A DNA stretch of 63,436 nt, filler included, from Olpidium bornovanus S191 (Eukaryota; Fungi; Olpidiomycota), in assembly GCA_017911155.1 (NCBI GenBank). It is 31 parts of 31 records of this genome, joined end to end, with 100 filler letters (N's around TTAATTAATTAA, not from the genome) between each part and the next. Parts side by side here need not be neighbours in the genome. Positions count along the whole stretch, not along the records: positions 1 to 2,028 come from JAEFCI010013235.1; positions 2,129 to 3,815 come from JAEFCI010007957.1; positions 3,916 to 6,154 come from JAEFCI010011660.1; positions 6,255 to 8,431 come from JAEFCI010006347.1; positions 8,532 to 10,081 come from JAEFCI010007936.1; positions 10,182 to 11,794 come from JAEFCI010012695.1; positions 11,895 to 13,065 come from JAEFCI010009110.1; 24 more parts are not named here. The stretch is one strand, 5' to 3'. The notes under the pieces are model-generated. The model was given only the letters and a program-made list of their open reading frames with translations, was not told the DNA's origin and searched no databases. A program made the position numbers and the translations under genes. Positions within the stretch are counted from its first letter, which is position 1; each line of letters starts with the position of its first letter. Shown here one piece after another: positions 1-12,477 of this stretch.

Positions 1-1512
1 CCCGCCGGGCCGCGGCCGGAGAAACCGCCTTCGCGCAGGCGTCGTCCTTCCGAGCGGGGTCTTCGGCCAGGCAAGCGACGACGAGGGCGGCGACCTCCCC
101 GGCGGTCAGCTTTTGATTAACCGATGACTCCCTGCGGACCAGGCCGCGGACACACGCGGCAAGAAATAGTTCTGAGCGGTCCGCCTCGAGAACCGTCAAG
201 GAGGGCGGTGCAGGACCTCCCAGATTCAAGATGGAGAGAAATGCCGCGCAGCGGACATCTAGCGGCAGATCCAACAAGCGCGTCGATTGCTGGTCGACCG
301 CCGCACCGCAGGCCGAGGCGCGCGCCTCGGCTGCTGTCCGTATCAGTGCTTCAACCTCGCAAGGCAAGATCTGCTTGACGACCTCGCGAGAAACATGCCC
401 TGACTTAGGCAGGTACTCCACAACCTGTTGCGCGGGCGAGTGATTGACCGCTTCGAAATCCGGTGGCGCAACGACGAAATCAACCACAGGCACCAGCCTC
501 TCGCGGAGGAATGCGTAGGCCCAGCGGCGTATGTCGCGACTCATGAACCAGGCGGATCGCTGGCCGACGGTATCCTCCACGAGAGGGCGGCACCAAAATG
601 AACCGGACGCAACGATGTCCATAAGCAAACGAGACAACTTTCCTGAGGCGAAGGCACGCGCAGTCCCCGGATCAGGGATCCATTGCGCTGTGGGCGACCA
701 TTGAGGGTTTCGCTCAGCGTCCGGGCCGAAGAGCTGCGCGGCTGCTTTATCGAGCCCGGCCGCCGTCTCACCAAGAGACTTGAGCAGCTCATCTTTTAGC
801 TGCTTGGTCTGCATGTCAAAAATCGGGTTTTTGAATTGAGATTCCGGGAGCCTGCTACGCGCGAGTATAATCTCCTCCACCACCTTAACCGGCGACGGGA
901 TATAGCTGTAGCACCTGAGTATCATGGCTGCGGCTCTGATGCGTCCGACGTGAGTCGAGATGGACGGGAGAGTGATTCTCCTCATCGCCTCGGAGCGCCA
1001 CGTCGCCCAAGAAGCCAGCTGGGGTCGAAAAACTGACTCGTCGACGTAATCGTTGCCCACCAAACAGCCGAGTAGGGGAAGGTGGGCAGGCCGAACGCCG
1101 AGATCGGCGGCCAGTTCTTGGGCCGTGTAGATTGTGGCAGTGACGAATCCCTCGTCTTCGTCGTCAGGCCCAAAGACGCACTTGAGGCTGTCCAGCGAAA
1201 TATAGCCAGCGGTTATTGACGGCTGGATCAGGTAGTCCGAGTCCTGGGCCACAGCGTACGCCCCGGTCCGAGCGGCCCGGGCAATCACCGCCACGTCCGC
1301 TTCGCCGCAGCACACCCTTACTTCCACGTCAAGGGAACGGAGAGTGGCGATGCAGACGTCCACGGCCGAAAGTGGTAGGACGAAGCCACTGCCGTGCGTC
1401 TGGGCCTCCAATTTCGGGAAGTCGAGGGACCGGAGCAAAGCCACGTTCTCCCTGAGCTTCACCTCGTCGCGGCCTATCCGCGTCTTGATCTTCGAGTCGG
1501 GGAGATTCCCTA
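1..1512 (-). CDS. Asteroid/ASTE1-like PIN (XPG/FEN1-like) domain nuclease; internal exon, partial at both ends
   Basis: Manual translation gives one open frame from a TAG acceptor near 1513 off the window start. It includes NLPDSKIKTRIGR, VCCGEADVAVIARAARTGAYAVAQDSDYLI...GYISLDSL, LPLLGCLVGNDY and FWCRPLVEDTVGQRSAWFMSRDIRRWAYAFL. These match the EAD, DSD and GNDY motifs and the C-terminal VED...IR..Y motif of the Asteroid family. Absent from the ORF track, probably because there is no stop inside the window. Confidence 0.85.
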
Positions 1513-1568
1513 CTTCACCCACGGTATGTTTCAGCCAATGAGCGTTGCGTTTGACAAGTGGACGCTGG

Positions 1569-1613
<45 letters not shown>

Positions 1614-1801
1614 AAAAAAAACCAAAAAAACTGCTACCGACCGTCGAAGAAAAAGGCAAGGTCGAAACCGACCGCTTGCAATTGCCGGACGCGCTCGGCG
1701 ACCGCCGCGGCAAGTTCGACGTGTTGGCCTGCTCACGGTTTCACCGGCGGAAAGTAGGCGCGACGGGAGGTTTAGAGCGACTTTTCGGCCGGGGAACGGG
1801 G

Positions 1802-1841
<40 letters not shown>

Positions 1842-1910
1842 AAAAACCGCAAAAAAAACCCACTCCCCGACCCGAAAAAAAATCCCCTCCAAAGAAGAAA
1901 AAAGAGAAGG

Positions 1911-1975
<65 letters not shown>

Positions 1976-2028
1976 GGGGAAAAACCCCCCCCCCGTTTTG
2001 GAACCCCGAAAAAAAAAAAAAAAAAAAA

Positions 2029-2128
2029 NNNNNNNNNNNNNNNNNNNNNNNNNNNNNNNNNNNNNNNNNNNNTTAATTAATTAANNNNNNNNNNNNNNNN
2101 NNNNNNNNNNNNNNNNNNNNNNNNNNNN
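2029..2128. other. Artificial contig-joining linker (first of 30)
   Basis: 44 N + TTAATTAATTAA + 44 N. Linker starts: 2029, 3816, 6155, 8432, 10082, 11795, 13066, 17668, 19384, 21297, 22915, 24517, 25973, 29031, 30892, 33744, 36616, 37898, 39518, 41006, 44383, 45859, 47210, 51574, 53056, 55101, 57617, 58741, 60125, 62328. Confidence 0.99.
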
Positions 2129-2454
2129 GCGTCGCCCAGAAACACGCGTCTTTGCAGCGGCGATAGCGCCTAAAGCTCAACACCGGTACCCAAATCACCC
2201 AGCAGAGCTAATTCTCAGCGAGCTGAACATTTTGGGAGTCGTCCACATGTTTACCTTGTTTCGAGTTGCGCCGCATCTTCTGCGCATAGTGCTCATTTGT
2301 CGTATGTTTCCGACTATTGAAATCTAGCCAAAGACATATATGACGTGCCCGAGGAACTCCTTTCTAAGGCCAGGATCTGGCTATTCGGGAAAGATGTATT
2401 ATTTACTCCGCAAAATCCAAAGTTAATGACGAGGACTAAGTTTGACTACCGTTT

Positions 2455-3550
2455 TCATTCCGGCTCGTTTCCGTTCGCTGCGGCCATAACGGCACCCTCT
2501 ACCACGGTAAGCAGCCGACGCACCCCGCCTGGTTCCGGGCCGCCGCTGACGCCGACAGTCTGCCGCGCGGGTTGGTGTCCGCCCCAGACGGCACCTTTGC
2601 GCGGGTCGAGCAGGAGCCGCGAGTAGAACTCGCGCAGGAAGCTCACCCGGGCGTCGAGGTCCGCGCAGCGCAAGACGTACTCCTCGACGTAGTCCGTGCC
2701 GTGCCGCTCGTCGAAAGCCTCCATGTCCGCGGGACGCGACTTCCACCGGGCGGTCGCTAAGCGGTGGAACTCTGCATGCAAGCGTGGTGGAGTGGGAGGA
2801 AGAAAGAGGTTATCATGCTGGAAAAGTTGGGATGAGAACTTTCTCGTTTCGCAGAAGAAATCGCGCTTCCGCCCCCAGCCCGGAGAGAGTGCTTACCGTC
2901 GACCACCTTCGCGACGAGGATGCCGTCCCTGAACGTCTCCCAGCTCACGTCCGTGCGGCGCGTGTCGCACAGCTCCTGGACCACGCGACTCTGAACGAAA
3001 GTCGGCAGCTTACTTTTTTTTTATTTTTCACGGCCCCACAAAGTTGAGAGGACGCGCCGCGCGAAGCGAGGGACGTTTGGAGTGCGAGGAAGAGGGGGAA
3101 GGGGGGGGGGGGGGGCGTTCTCTGCTTCCAAATATTTTTTATTCCCCCAGTTCTTCTGATTTTTGGTGCTCACCCACAGAGTAAGCGGAGGATCTGCGCG
3201 AACTCCGCGACCGAAACCACCGGGTCCTCGTCAGCCCTCGCTGCCGCTGCGAGGGGAAAACAAAAACAAACAACCGAATCGCGACCAGACCTTTCGGCGT
3301 CGGTATCAATGTACGCCAGAAGCAACGGTCTTGGACAGACGAGAGAGAATGGTAGAGAGAGAGAGAAGAGGGGGGGGGGGGGGGGGGAAGAAGGGAGTTT
3401 CCCGTTTCTCACCGCGCTTCTGGAAACCGAGGTACGCCCTGGCGACGCCGTCGCCGAACGTCTCGGACAGCACGGACCCGTGCCTGACGAGGTTGTGCGC
3501 GGATACCACGAGTCCCGGCTTGTGCAGCACTTCGCCGAAGCTTCTCTCCC
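2455..3550 (-). CDS. Spliced hypothetical protein (C-terminal part); boundaries approximate
   Basis: Protein-like exons flanked by AG acceptors and GTGAG/GTAAG donors: SFGEVLHKPGLVVSAHNLVRHG...GFQKR; AARADEDPVVSVAEFAQILRLLC; VVQELCDTRRTDVSWETFRDGILVAKVVD; HAEFHRLATARW...RVSFLREFYSRLL. One junction phase is unresolved. Confidence 0.45.
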
Positions 3551-3915
3551 CGGATCGGGGGGGGGGGGGGGGTGGGGTTTGGGGGGGGGGGGGGGGGCGG
3601 GGCGGGGGGGGGGGGGGGGGGGGGGGATATTTCAGCGGAACAGGGGCCGACCACGCGGGCGGGGGTCAGGGGAGATCGGCGCTTCCGCTTTTTCCCCCCC
3701 AACCCCGCGAAAAGTTTTTCCCCGGACTTTCTCCTGCGGGGAAGGGCGGAAGATGGGGGGTGGGGGAGGGGGAGGGGTTCCATAAGACGTGCCCCCGGTT
3801 CTCTCGCCTGCTCACNNNNNNNNNNNNNNNNNNNNNNNNNNNNNNNNNNNNNNNNNNNNTTAATTAATTAANNNNNNNNNNNNNNNNNNNNNNNNNNNNN
3901 NNNNNNNNNNNNNNN

Positions 3916-4032
<117 letters not shown>

Positions 4033-4154
4033 AAAAGAAAAAACGCGAGGAAACGGGGCCTTGGCGTCTTTGTTCTGTCATCGGAGCGGGCGCGGGATGG
4101 AAGGGAACGGGCGCGAGGGAAAGTGCGTGGGGAAACGTCTCTTGGCTTCCTCAC

Positions 4155-5766
4155 CCGGCTGTCGCGAATGTTGTCCCAATCAAAGCCCGCAAAGAAACGG
4201 TGGCTTTTGACGTTTTTTAGGGACGACAGCCTCCGCTGCGGCACGTTGATGAACCTGCCGGTCGGGCGGGGGTCGACGTAGGAGGCGGGGAGGAGTCGCA
4301 TTTACCGGACAAAAGAAGGTTCCAAAGTCCCGCTTGCCGCCTCTCCCCTCAACGCCGCTTCCCCGCTCACTTTCACGCCCATTCTTCGCCCGAAGAACGC
4401 CGGCTCACTACGTCCACCCCACCCATCTTCCGCCCCCCGCCGCGCCCGAGTCCCACGTTATCCCCCCCCCCCTACTCACCGTGTTATCAGGTCCCAGGCG
4501 TCGTCGGTTAGGTTAAACTCCTTGTCCACCTCCTCGGTGTACACGGGCCTCTCCAGAACTTTCTGCCAGTGGTACACGTTCACCCACACTTCCTCCATGG
4601 TGGGCGCGGTGAACGGCGGGGACCCGCTCAGGAACTCGAACAGGATCGCTCCGAGGGACCAGTAGTCGACCAGGTAATCGTAGCCTTTGTTGTGCAGGAC
4701 CTCCGGCGCCATGTAGTCAGGCGACCCGACCAACGAAAACGCCTGCGGACCAAAAAAAACACAGAAAAAGAAAAAGGCGTCAAGAAAAAAAAAGGATCTG
4801 CGACGAGGGCATTGGAAAACCCGGATCTGCCTCCGATTTTTTTTTTTGTTTAGTATCCTGTTGTTCTGGGGAAAGCATGGGGAAGGGTGGGGCTTACGAA
4901 AGTGAAATCCTCTCGCCTGATGCTCTTGTGAATACTTTTGCGCTCTGCGGCGCTGCGGTAAACGACCTGTTGGTTCTTGGCCTTCTCGAGCTGTTGGGTG
5001 ACGGAAGCAGATTGATTCGCATTTTTTTTTTGCGAGGCAATGAGCGCGCGCCTCGCGCGAACGGCGGGCTTTGCCTCGGGGTTGCGGTGTAAATAACCGA
5101 GAAACGAGGATGCGGGGAGGGGGGAGAGGAATACGGGGAGGGGTCGGGGGAGGGAAATGGGCTGGGGGGGGGGGGGGGGGGGGGGGGGGGGGATGCAAAC
5201 CTTTGCTTTCAGCGACTCGACACGACAAGGACTGATCTCGCCTTTGGATAATCCGAAATCCGTGAGGCGGATGTGGCCTTGGGCATCAATGAGGAAGTTC
5301 TTTGAGCCGTTGCGAAAACCCGGGCGGGGGTGGGGGGGGGGGATCGGGCCCGGAAGGGGGAACGAAAAAAGAATAAGGACATCAAACCGAGTCGGAAAAA
5401 ATAAAGAAACGAGGCAGGCAAAAGAAGAAAAAGCCAAATTAAAAACAAAAGCTGGCTCTCCGGGCTCTAAGATTTTTTTTTGCGCGCGCCGCGCTTGTTT
5501 TTCCAACCTCCGGCTTCAGATCCCGGTGGATGTAACCCAGCTGGTGCAGGGCGTCGACGGCGAGGGTCATTTCGGCGAGGTAGAACCTGGCGTGGCACTC
5601 GCGCAGGACGCCCGACTTGTTCAGCAGGGTGCGGACGTCCCCGCCGGGGACGTACTCCATCGCTAGGTAGACGTGCTCCGCGTCCTGGAAGGCGTACAGC
5701 AGCTTCACCAGCCAGGGCGACCGCGCCGACGTGAGGATGTCGCGCTCGGTCAGGATGTGCTGGACC
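4155..5766 (-). CDS. DBF2: NDR/LATS-family AGC kinase, Dbf2/Dbf20/Sid2-like; internal exons
   Basis: In-frame exons 5766-5508, 5299-5201, 4990-4898, 4742-4480 and 4254-4155. They encode HILTERDIL...WLVKLLYAFQD...HRDLKPE|NFLIDAQGHIRLTDFGLSKG|...AFSLVGSPDYMAPEVL...DYWSLG...VNVYHWQKVLERP. The SLVGSPDYMAPE and HWxxxLxRP motifs are Dbf2/Sid2-type. Confidence 0.9.
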
Positions 5767-6066
5767 TGGGGAAGGGGGGAAGCGGGAAAAGGGGGGGGGG
5801 GGGGGTTGGCGCGCGCGCGGCGGCGTCACCGCGTTGTTTTGGTGGCACAAAATGGAAATTTATCAGAAAAAATTTTTTCCGCGTCTCCCCTTCCCCCACA
5901 CAGCGTCACTTCCCCCCCTTCCCTGCTCTGGCCCCCCCTTTCCCCCCCCCCACCCCACAGGCGCCTCACGGCCTCTTTCCTCTTTCCCCAGACGGACATG
6001 CGGGTCCACTCCGCGCAAGCTCCCCTCAGGCGACAAGGCACCCGGGAGCAATGCGCGAAACCACCC

Positions 6067-6147
<81 letters not shown>

Positions 6148-8531
6148 CCCCCCCNNNNNNNNNNNNNNNNNNNNNNNNNNNNNNNNNNNNNNNNNNNNTT
6201 AATTAATTAANNNNNNNNNNNNNNNNNNNNNNNNNNNNNNNNNNNNNNNNNNNNACCCCCCCCCCCCCCCCCCCCCCTCATTCTCACTCCGGCGGTATAA
6301 CCCCCCCGTTGCCCTTGTTTTCCCTTGCTCCGGCCCTCGTTCTTTCCCACTCATAGTTGTTGGTCAGGGAGCCACATCAGTTGGTTGCCTGTCCCTGTCC
6401 GATCGATCCTGTTTGCCAGGAGGCGAACAGTGCTGGAGACCAACCCCGTCAGTCGGCTACTGGCCTTCGCCAAATACGCGTCCACCTCGAGCTCGTGGCC
6501 CCGCAGCCTGAGGACTCTCGGAAACGCCCTACCAGGAACAAGGGATCATTGTCGGCCCGCCCTGCAGCTGTTTGGAGGGGACGGAATCCGTTGACAACCA
6601 GCGGTCCATCCCAGATTAAACAACCGGGTGCTGCTCGCGCGATCCCTGCAAACCGGGGTTGGTTTGTGACGCCGACTACTGCTGTCGAGCCTGACGAAGG
6701 GCGACATCGGAGCGACGGTGCCGGCCGAACATCGAAAGACATTCGTTACATTTTCATACGGCCCTCGCTGACCGTTTTGACAAACGAGACGTGACAGAGT
6801 AACCTGGGGAAGTCTGCACCGTGTCGAAACCGCGTTGCATCCTTTAGGTCTTGATTGACAAAAGAGGTTATTTCATTGTTGATGCTGGCAGCACCTTTCT
6901 GGACAGTGTTTCATCTGCACTCCCCGGGGTCGGTTTCCGTCTCTGACTACTGCTATCGACCCTGAACAACGGGGGTAGACTTTGGACCAAACAGTGCTGC
7001 GTGCCCCCACACGGCTCCGTGTGGCCAAAAAGTTCTGGAGTGCGTTTCGTTACGTTTCACCAACCCCATTTGCTGGACCGCTTGACTCATTGAGACGAAA
7101 ACGGGAGTTATTCTGTGGACGTTTGAAAAAAAAAAAAAAAAAAAAAAACACATCTGAACGTTTCCTTGTGGGTTTTAGTAGACAAAGAAAAACTCGTTTT
7201 TGATTCAATTTTTCATGATGTCCCGGCTTTCATCCGGACAAGTGCGGGAGTGGCCGTTTGAAAGCTTGTTCGACAGTCTAGGCACGGCAGACCCCCAAAT
7301 GTTTTTTTTTTTTTTGGTCTCGAGCGAAAGGGGGTGGATTCTATGAAACGCAATTCCATCGAAGAGATACAACCCGCGTGATCGCGCATACATTCCCTAA
7401 ATTGGCTCGTCGCATCGAAAGACAGCGGAGGGTCCTGATGAGGCGCTCCGGCAATCCGAATGGCAGGACGATCAGCTGGATCGACCGGAATAAATAGAAC
7501 AAAGAACCCCCCCAGACGCAACAGCGTCCATGCTCCAGGATGGTACCGAGGTCCCCCCCACCGTGGGCTGGAGTCGGGCCAGGATGGCGGCTCAAAAAAC
7601 TCCGCCAGAGGCTGCCGTGGATCGAGAAACAAATTGTAGGTTCGGCCGGGGTTCTCGTCAAACCATCACGTATTCTTCAGGCGTCGCGGCGTATCCCGCA
7701 GCACCTTCCCCACCGCCCCACCTCCCTCCCCCCCCCCGGTCCTGAAGGCTACTCTGGGTTTTCTTCAAGTTCCAGTTCTCCCGCCTGCGACGTGGGGGGC
7801 CGAGCCGGAGGCGGCCGAGGTTCGTTTATCTGTTTAGTTCTGCGGGGAAATCAAAACTGGAAGATTTTGTTTGGTTTCGGGGGGGGGGGGGGGGGGGGGG
7901 CGCCGGGCCTGACTAGTCTGTGGGATGGTCCCAAAATTGCTCCACAGTGCAAGCAAGATTCAGACCAAATAGTTAGGAAAGACTGCACACCCACCGCAGC
8001 ATTCCCTGAGCTTCCCAGCATCAAAACATCCTTGTGGACGTCCCCCGGGACGCGTCGACCGGCCCCGAAACGCGTTCAACCGACGGCTTCTTCCTTACGC
8101 TCCCAGTGTCCCTTCCCGCACACACACACGCCTGCTTGCGCCTTGCTCTCTCTGCCTGTTGCTTCGTCGTGCCGTGTGCGCGTCGTCGATCCTGTTTGAT
8201 TTCCACGTTGCCGGGGGCCCGCGTCGGCTGCAGGCGACCTGTCAATCCACCACGAGTAATAGACGGTGGAACTACCTTTCGTGTTAACGCACGTGGCCTC
8301 GATTTTTTGCGCATGAAAGTTTTACGTGGTGAATTCCGTTCGAAAAGTTCCTTTTCCCTCACCAAGCACAAGACAGATCAAGACCCGGATGATCGCGAGG
8401 TGGAACATTCCGAGAGCAGAATTGCGACCTANNNNNNNNNNNNNNNNNNNNNNNNNNNNNNNNNNNNNNNNNNNNTTAATTAATTAANNNNNNNNNNNNN
8501 NNNNNNNNNNNNNNNNNNNNNNNNNNNNNNN

Positions 8532-10000
8532 CATGTAACCCGAGGTTGATTGGGGCCGACGTCGTCGCAGAGAGTGCATTCGCGCCATTACCTGCAGACA
8601 GTACCGGCTTTCGCAGAAAATAGCGATCTCCCACGTTCCGTAATCCGGCAACTGGCGCGACGCGGCTTCCGACAAGTCTTGCTCTTCTAACCGAGTTCGC
8701 GGTAGCCACTCAGCAACGGCGTTCGACATTCCCAGCTGTCCGCGAACCACGACGTCTTTAAGATCAAACCAGAAAGAGCTGGCTTTCCGGGCGACTTTGG
8801 AGTCGGCATGCCTGATCAGCCAGTGACCACGCACATTGTCGGGGACGCCAGGGAGCCCCGCTAGGTCAACCCGATAAGGGGGAAGAGCGCGCAGCCATTC
8901 TGGTGCAGTAGTCCTACCACTTGAACACCACTGCATCTGCCATAGGTTTCGGAAACTGTGAGCTTCCAGGTCGGATGTTACGCCGCTTGAAATGCTAAAC
9001 TACTCGCCATTGAACCTCGTGAACAGGTGACGGGCGAGGCATTGAAGAGCTTGGAACGGGCGCCCGATACCGGCAGTTCGGCACCACCTCTCTCCTGGTA
9101 TTGCCCGGAAATGAGTGACGCGCACGACGGCGGTTCTCTCGCGAACACCCAATACTCCCGATCTCCGCGCCGGTCGCCAGGGACAGACGACCGGTCCGGA
9201 TTGAATTGGCTTCCCTTCAGCGACCGGGCACTGAAGGTTGCGAGCTCCTCCCGCGTCCCGCGGAGAACGCGGGTCGGCCGGAATTCAAACAGGCAGCGCA
9301 CCGTCATGTCGGCCAGAGCGCGGCCGCGCGGGCCGTCCGATTCGAAATCCAAAACACGGACGCCGGCGGATACGGCATGTATCCCCGCGTTCGCTTCCTG
9401 CTCGTTCTGTGAGCGCATGCGGGCCGGCCGACGGGTAGAGACACGCCCGCCCGACCGGCGGGGGAGGGGGTGGGGTGTTGAGTTCGGGGGTCTGAACGAG
9501 CGAAGAAGAGCTTCTATATTTTTCTGTGCTCACACCCTGCCTTTTCCAGAGAGGGCGTTTCAGGGTAGATCTCGCTGGTTAACGGATAAGTTTCAGGGGG
9601 GGGTTTTATATGGGGGTGAAAAAGTACGGGGGGGGGAGGGGGGGTGAAACGCACGGGGGGGTGAGACGTTTTTCAGAGGGTGCGCAGCGGGTGCTCCTTT
9701 CCGACAGGGGGCGAGCCCGTCAGCAAGCACGGGGCGTGTCTCCTCGCGAAAAAAAAAAAAAAAAAAAAATTACCCTACGAGTAACGACGGTTTCACTGGC
9801 TTGCGTGCGTTCCCATCGCACGTACTGATTGTGTGCATAAAAGGTGTTGTTGGCCTGGCAAACAATCCCTCCCCACCAAACTCCCCATCCACATCAATAC
9901 ACGAAAAAACGACTTTGACTTTGCGTCGCTTGACCGGAGAACCGTTCTCCCTTTTTGCAACCATGACTTCTACACCGTCGGCTCCTGCGCCCTATCTGGG
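8532..10000 (-). CDS. Spliced hypothetical protein, unidentified; boundaries approximate
   Basis: Consecutive minus-strand protein-like segments: GADGVEVMVAKREN...VVFSCIDVDGEFGGEGLF (TAG acceptor, GTACGT donor); VRVLDFESDGPRGRALADMTVRCLFEF...; LPPYRVDLAGLP...SFWFDLKDVVVRGQLG...YGTWEIAIFCESRYCLQ. Confidence 0.4.
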
Positions 10001-10181
10001 CTCGACGGAGCCTTCCTCCGTCACGGCGACAGAATTGGATCTATACTCCACGCCCGTATTAAGATTCTCGAGCTGGAGAACNNNNNNNNNNNNNNNNNNN
10101 NNNNNNNNNNNNNNNNNNNNNNNNNTTAATTAATTAANNNNNNNNNNNNNNNNNNNNNNNNNNNNNNNNNNNNNNNNNNNN

Positions 10182-11794
10182 CATGAGCACCGACCGAAAG
10201 ACAGCCTTCCAGAATTTGAGTTGGAACCTCCCCCCGAAGTTCCGTAAAAGGTCGAAGAGGGCGTCGACGGCTTTCGCCCGGATGGCTGGAATTTCAGAGT
10301 CGATAGTAATGCGCGACAACCCGGATAAGACAGGGAACCACTGCAGGAAGAAGATGTCTTCGTCGATTTCGGTGGCCGGTAACGCTGATACTCCTTCCTT
10401 TGGCTGTTCAGGGCGAAGTTCAGAGGCTGGTGCGCCAGTTTCCACCCGCACAGGCAGCGGCGGCAGTTCACGCTGTTGCTCGCGCCCGTCAGGCGCAACC
10501 AGGCTTTTCGCGCAGCTCACCAAAAGCCGGATGGCAGTGATCACTACCTCCTCACTGGCTTTGGCGAACGCGAATTCTACAAGGCAGCTGACGTAGTCCA
10601 CGAACGAAGAGCCCACGTGCTCGAGGTAGCTGTTGTACACCTCTTGGACGACTGCAAAAGCGGAAACCACGATCTGGCGGTTCGAGACGCCGGCCGCGCG
10701 TGAGAGCACGACAAAAATAGACTTCCACCCGGAACGGATGTTCCGAGCTCGAGCGGATATCATCTGATGGAAGCTCTGGATAATCAGGTCCCGTAGGGCT
10801 GGGTTTTGGTTGGCCTTCATGACATGCTCGAACGGTTTCAAGAAATCATTCTGAGTGTGAAAATGGGCCAGCTCATCGCGGTCCAGGAATTTCATGCTCA
10901 GCTGCCGCAGCGAATCCACCGCAAACGTGGCCACCTCGACATTCTGGTGGCAGCCCATGATGTTGAAGTGCGGCTGCAGCACTTTCCAGATTTGTGTCCA
11001 CTCGTATCGAATGCGGCCCATGTTGTAATACGCCATTTCCACAATCCGAGAGAGGCTGTACATTTGCGGATGTGTCGGAGACGACTCCACTTCACTTAAT
11101 GAAACACTGCAGAGGGCCCGGAAGAAGTGCACAACCGCTGTTCCAGAGAGGGCAACCGTTCCGGTAAATATGCGGTCGACGGACACGAGCGTAGCTTGCG
11201 ACTGCATCTCCTTGACAAGATTCGCAAGAGACGGTCTCCGGCTGTACAGGGTAGCGAGATCAACATTCTCCACCCCAACTGTTCCGCCCTGCTGTTCCTT
11301 TTCAGCCAAAACGCCCGGAACGGTTGCCCGGGCAAGGCTGTCTAGGAATCCGACTGTCATCTTCACAGGAGATGTTATCCTCCCAGGAATGCTGCTGCTG
11401 AAATCTTGTCCTGACGATGACCCGCCGCCAATTAGTTGCAGGCGGTCCATCTGGCTAACGATTGCGAGCACGGTCGTCCAACTCCCCTCGAGATACTCGC
11501 CGAACGAATTTCCCACACCGATGATGGCGCGGATGGCAGCAATGTGTTTCTCGCGCAGCTCGTGGACACGGTTCAGCCCGGTCAGTTTGGCCAGTGAACT
11601 GACAAACGCGTCGCGCTCTGTCTCCATCCGGAACACGCTACTGATGCGGATTGCACCGGTGAACCCGGCGAGGCATGGTTGCACCACGTCTGCTGGGGAA
11701 TGGGACGATCCAGATTTAAGATGCTTGGATTCCGCAGTAGTCTCCAGCGCCGACAGGTCTCCCGCCTCTTCGAACACTGTGCTCAACGTGGCCA
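10182..11794 (-). CDS. SEC7: Sec7/BIG-family ARF-GEF, HDS-domain region; partial
   Basis: The frame is open across the whole contig: SWTTVLAIVSQMDRLQL, VDRIFTGTVALSGTAVVHFFRALC, YSLSRIVEMAYYNMGRIRYEW, FAVDSLRQLSMKFLDRDELAHF..QNDFLKPFE, NIRSGWKSIF, WFPVLSGLS. Confidence 0.97.
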
Positions 11795-12097
11795 NNNNNN
11801 NNNNNNNNNNNNNNNNNNNNNNNNNNNNNNNNNNNNNNTTAATTAATTAANNNNNNNNNNNNNNNNNNNNNNNNNNNNNNNNNNNNNNNNNNNNGGATTC
11901 CGCGACAAAGGCGATATCCACCGGGGCAACGACGCAGGATTTTCGACCGCGCACGTTTTGGCAGAAAATCCCCTCTCTGCCTTCCCCACCCCGAGGGCCT
12001 CCGCCGTTTTCTTTTTTCTTTCTTTTTTTTAGTTCTCCCAAACGTCCGAGCGCAAGCGCGCTTTCCATCAAGCAAACTTTCTTGTTTGAGTGCGTGT

Positions 12098-12128
<31 letters not shown>

Positions 12129-12325
12129 GGGGGGGAATTGGGCCGCCTTCCGCGAGCGGGCAAAAACGAGCGGGGAGACCCCTGTGAATTTTTCCTTTTT
12201 TTATTTTGTTCCGACGATCGAACGATCGGGGCGGGAACCCCTCTCGCACCTTCCGCCGGGCACCCGCGCCTGGGAAAAACCTGGCCCGGGCGGGCAACGC
12301 CCTCCTTCGCGTAACCTTTCTCCTT

Positions 12326-12362
<37 letters not shown>

Positions 12363-12445
12363 CTTCGCCGACGCCGAAAAAAAAAAAAGAATAAAGTAAA
12401 ATCCGACCCTTGTTTTTTGTTTTGCTTTTTTGGGGGTTCGACCGG

Positions 12446-12477
<32 letters not shown>

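Noticed and set aside
1394-2080. Poly-Lys, poly-Phe, poly-Pro and poly-Gly ORFs here and at many other contig ends
   Set aside because: These are translations of homopolymer runs in introns or low-quality contig tails, not proteins.
2073-2084. TTAATTAATTAA repeated 30 times at irregular spacing, superficially like a CRISPR repeat or regulatory motif
   Set aside because: Always embedded in 44 N on each side; it is an artificial linker with stop codons.
6255-8431. Contig with several possible exons (e.g. RRPVNPPRVIDGGTTFRVNARGLDFLRMK)
   Set aside because: The strand and a consistent spliced frame could not be established, and no family was recognised.
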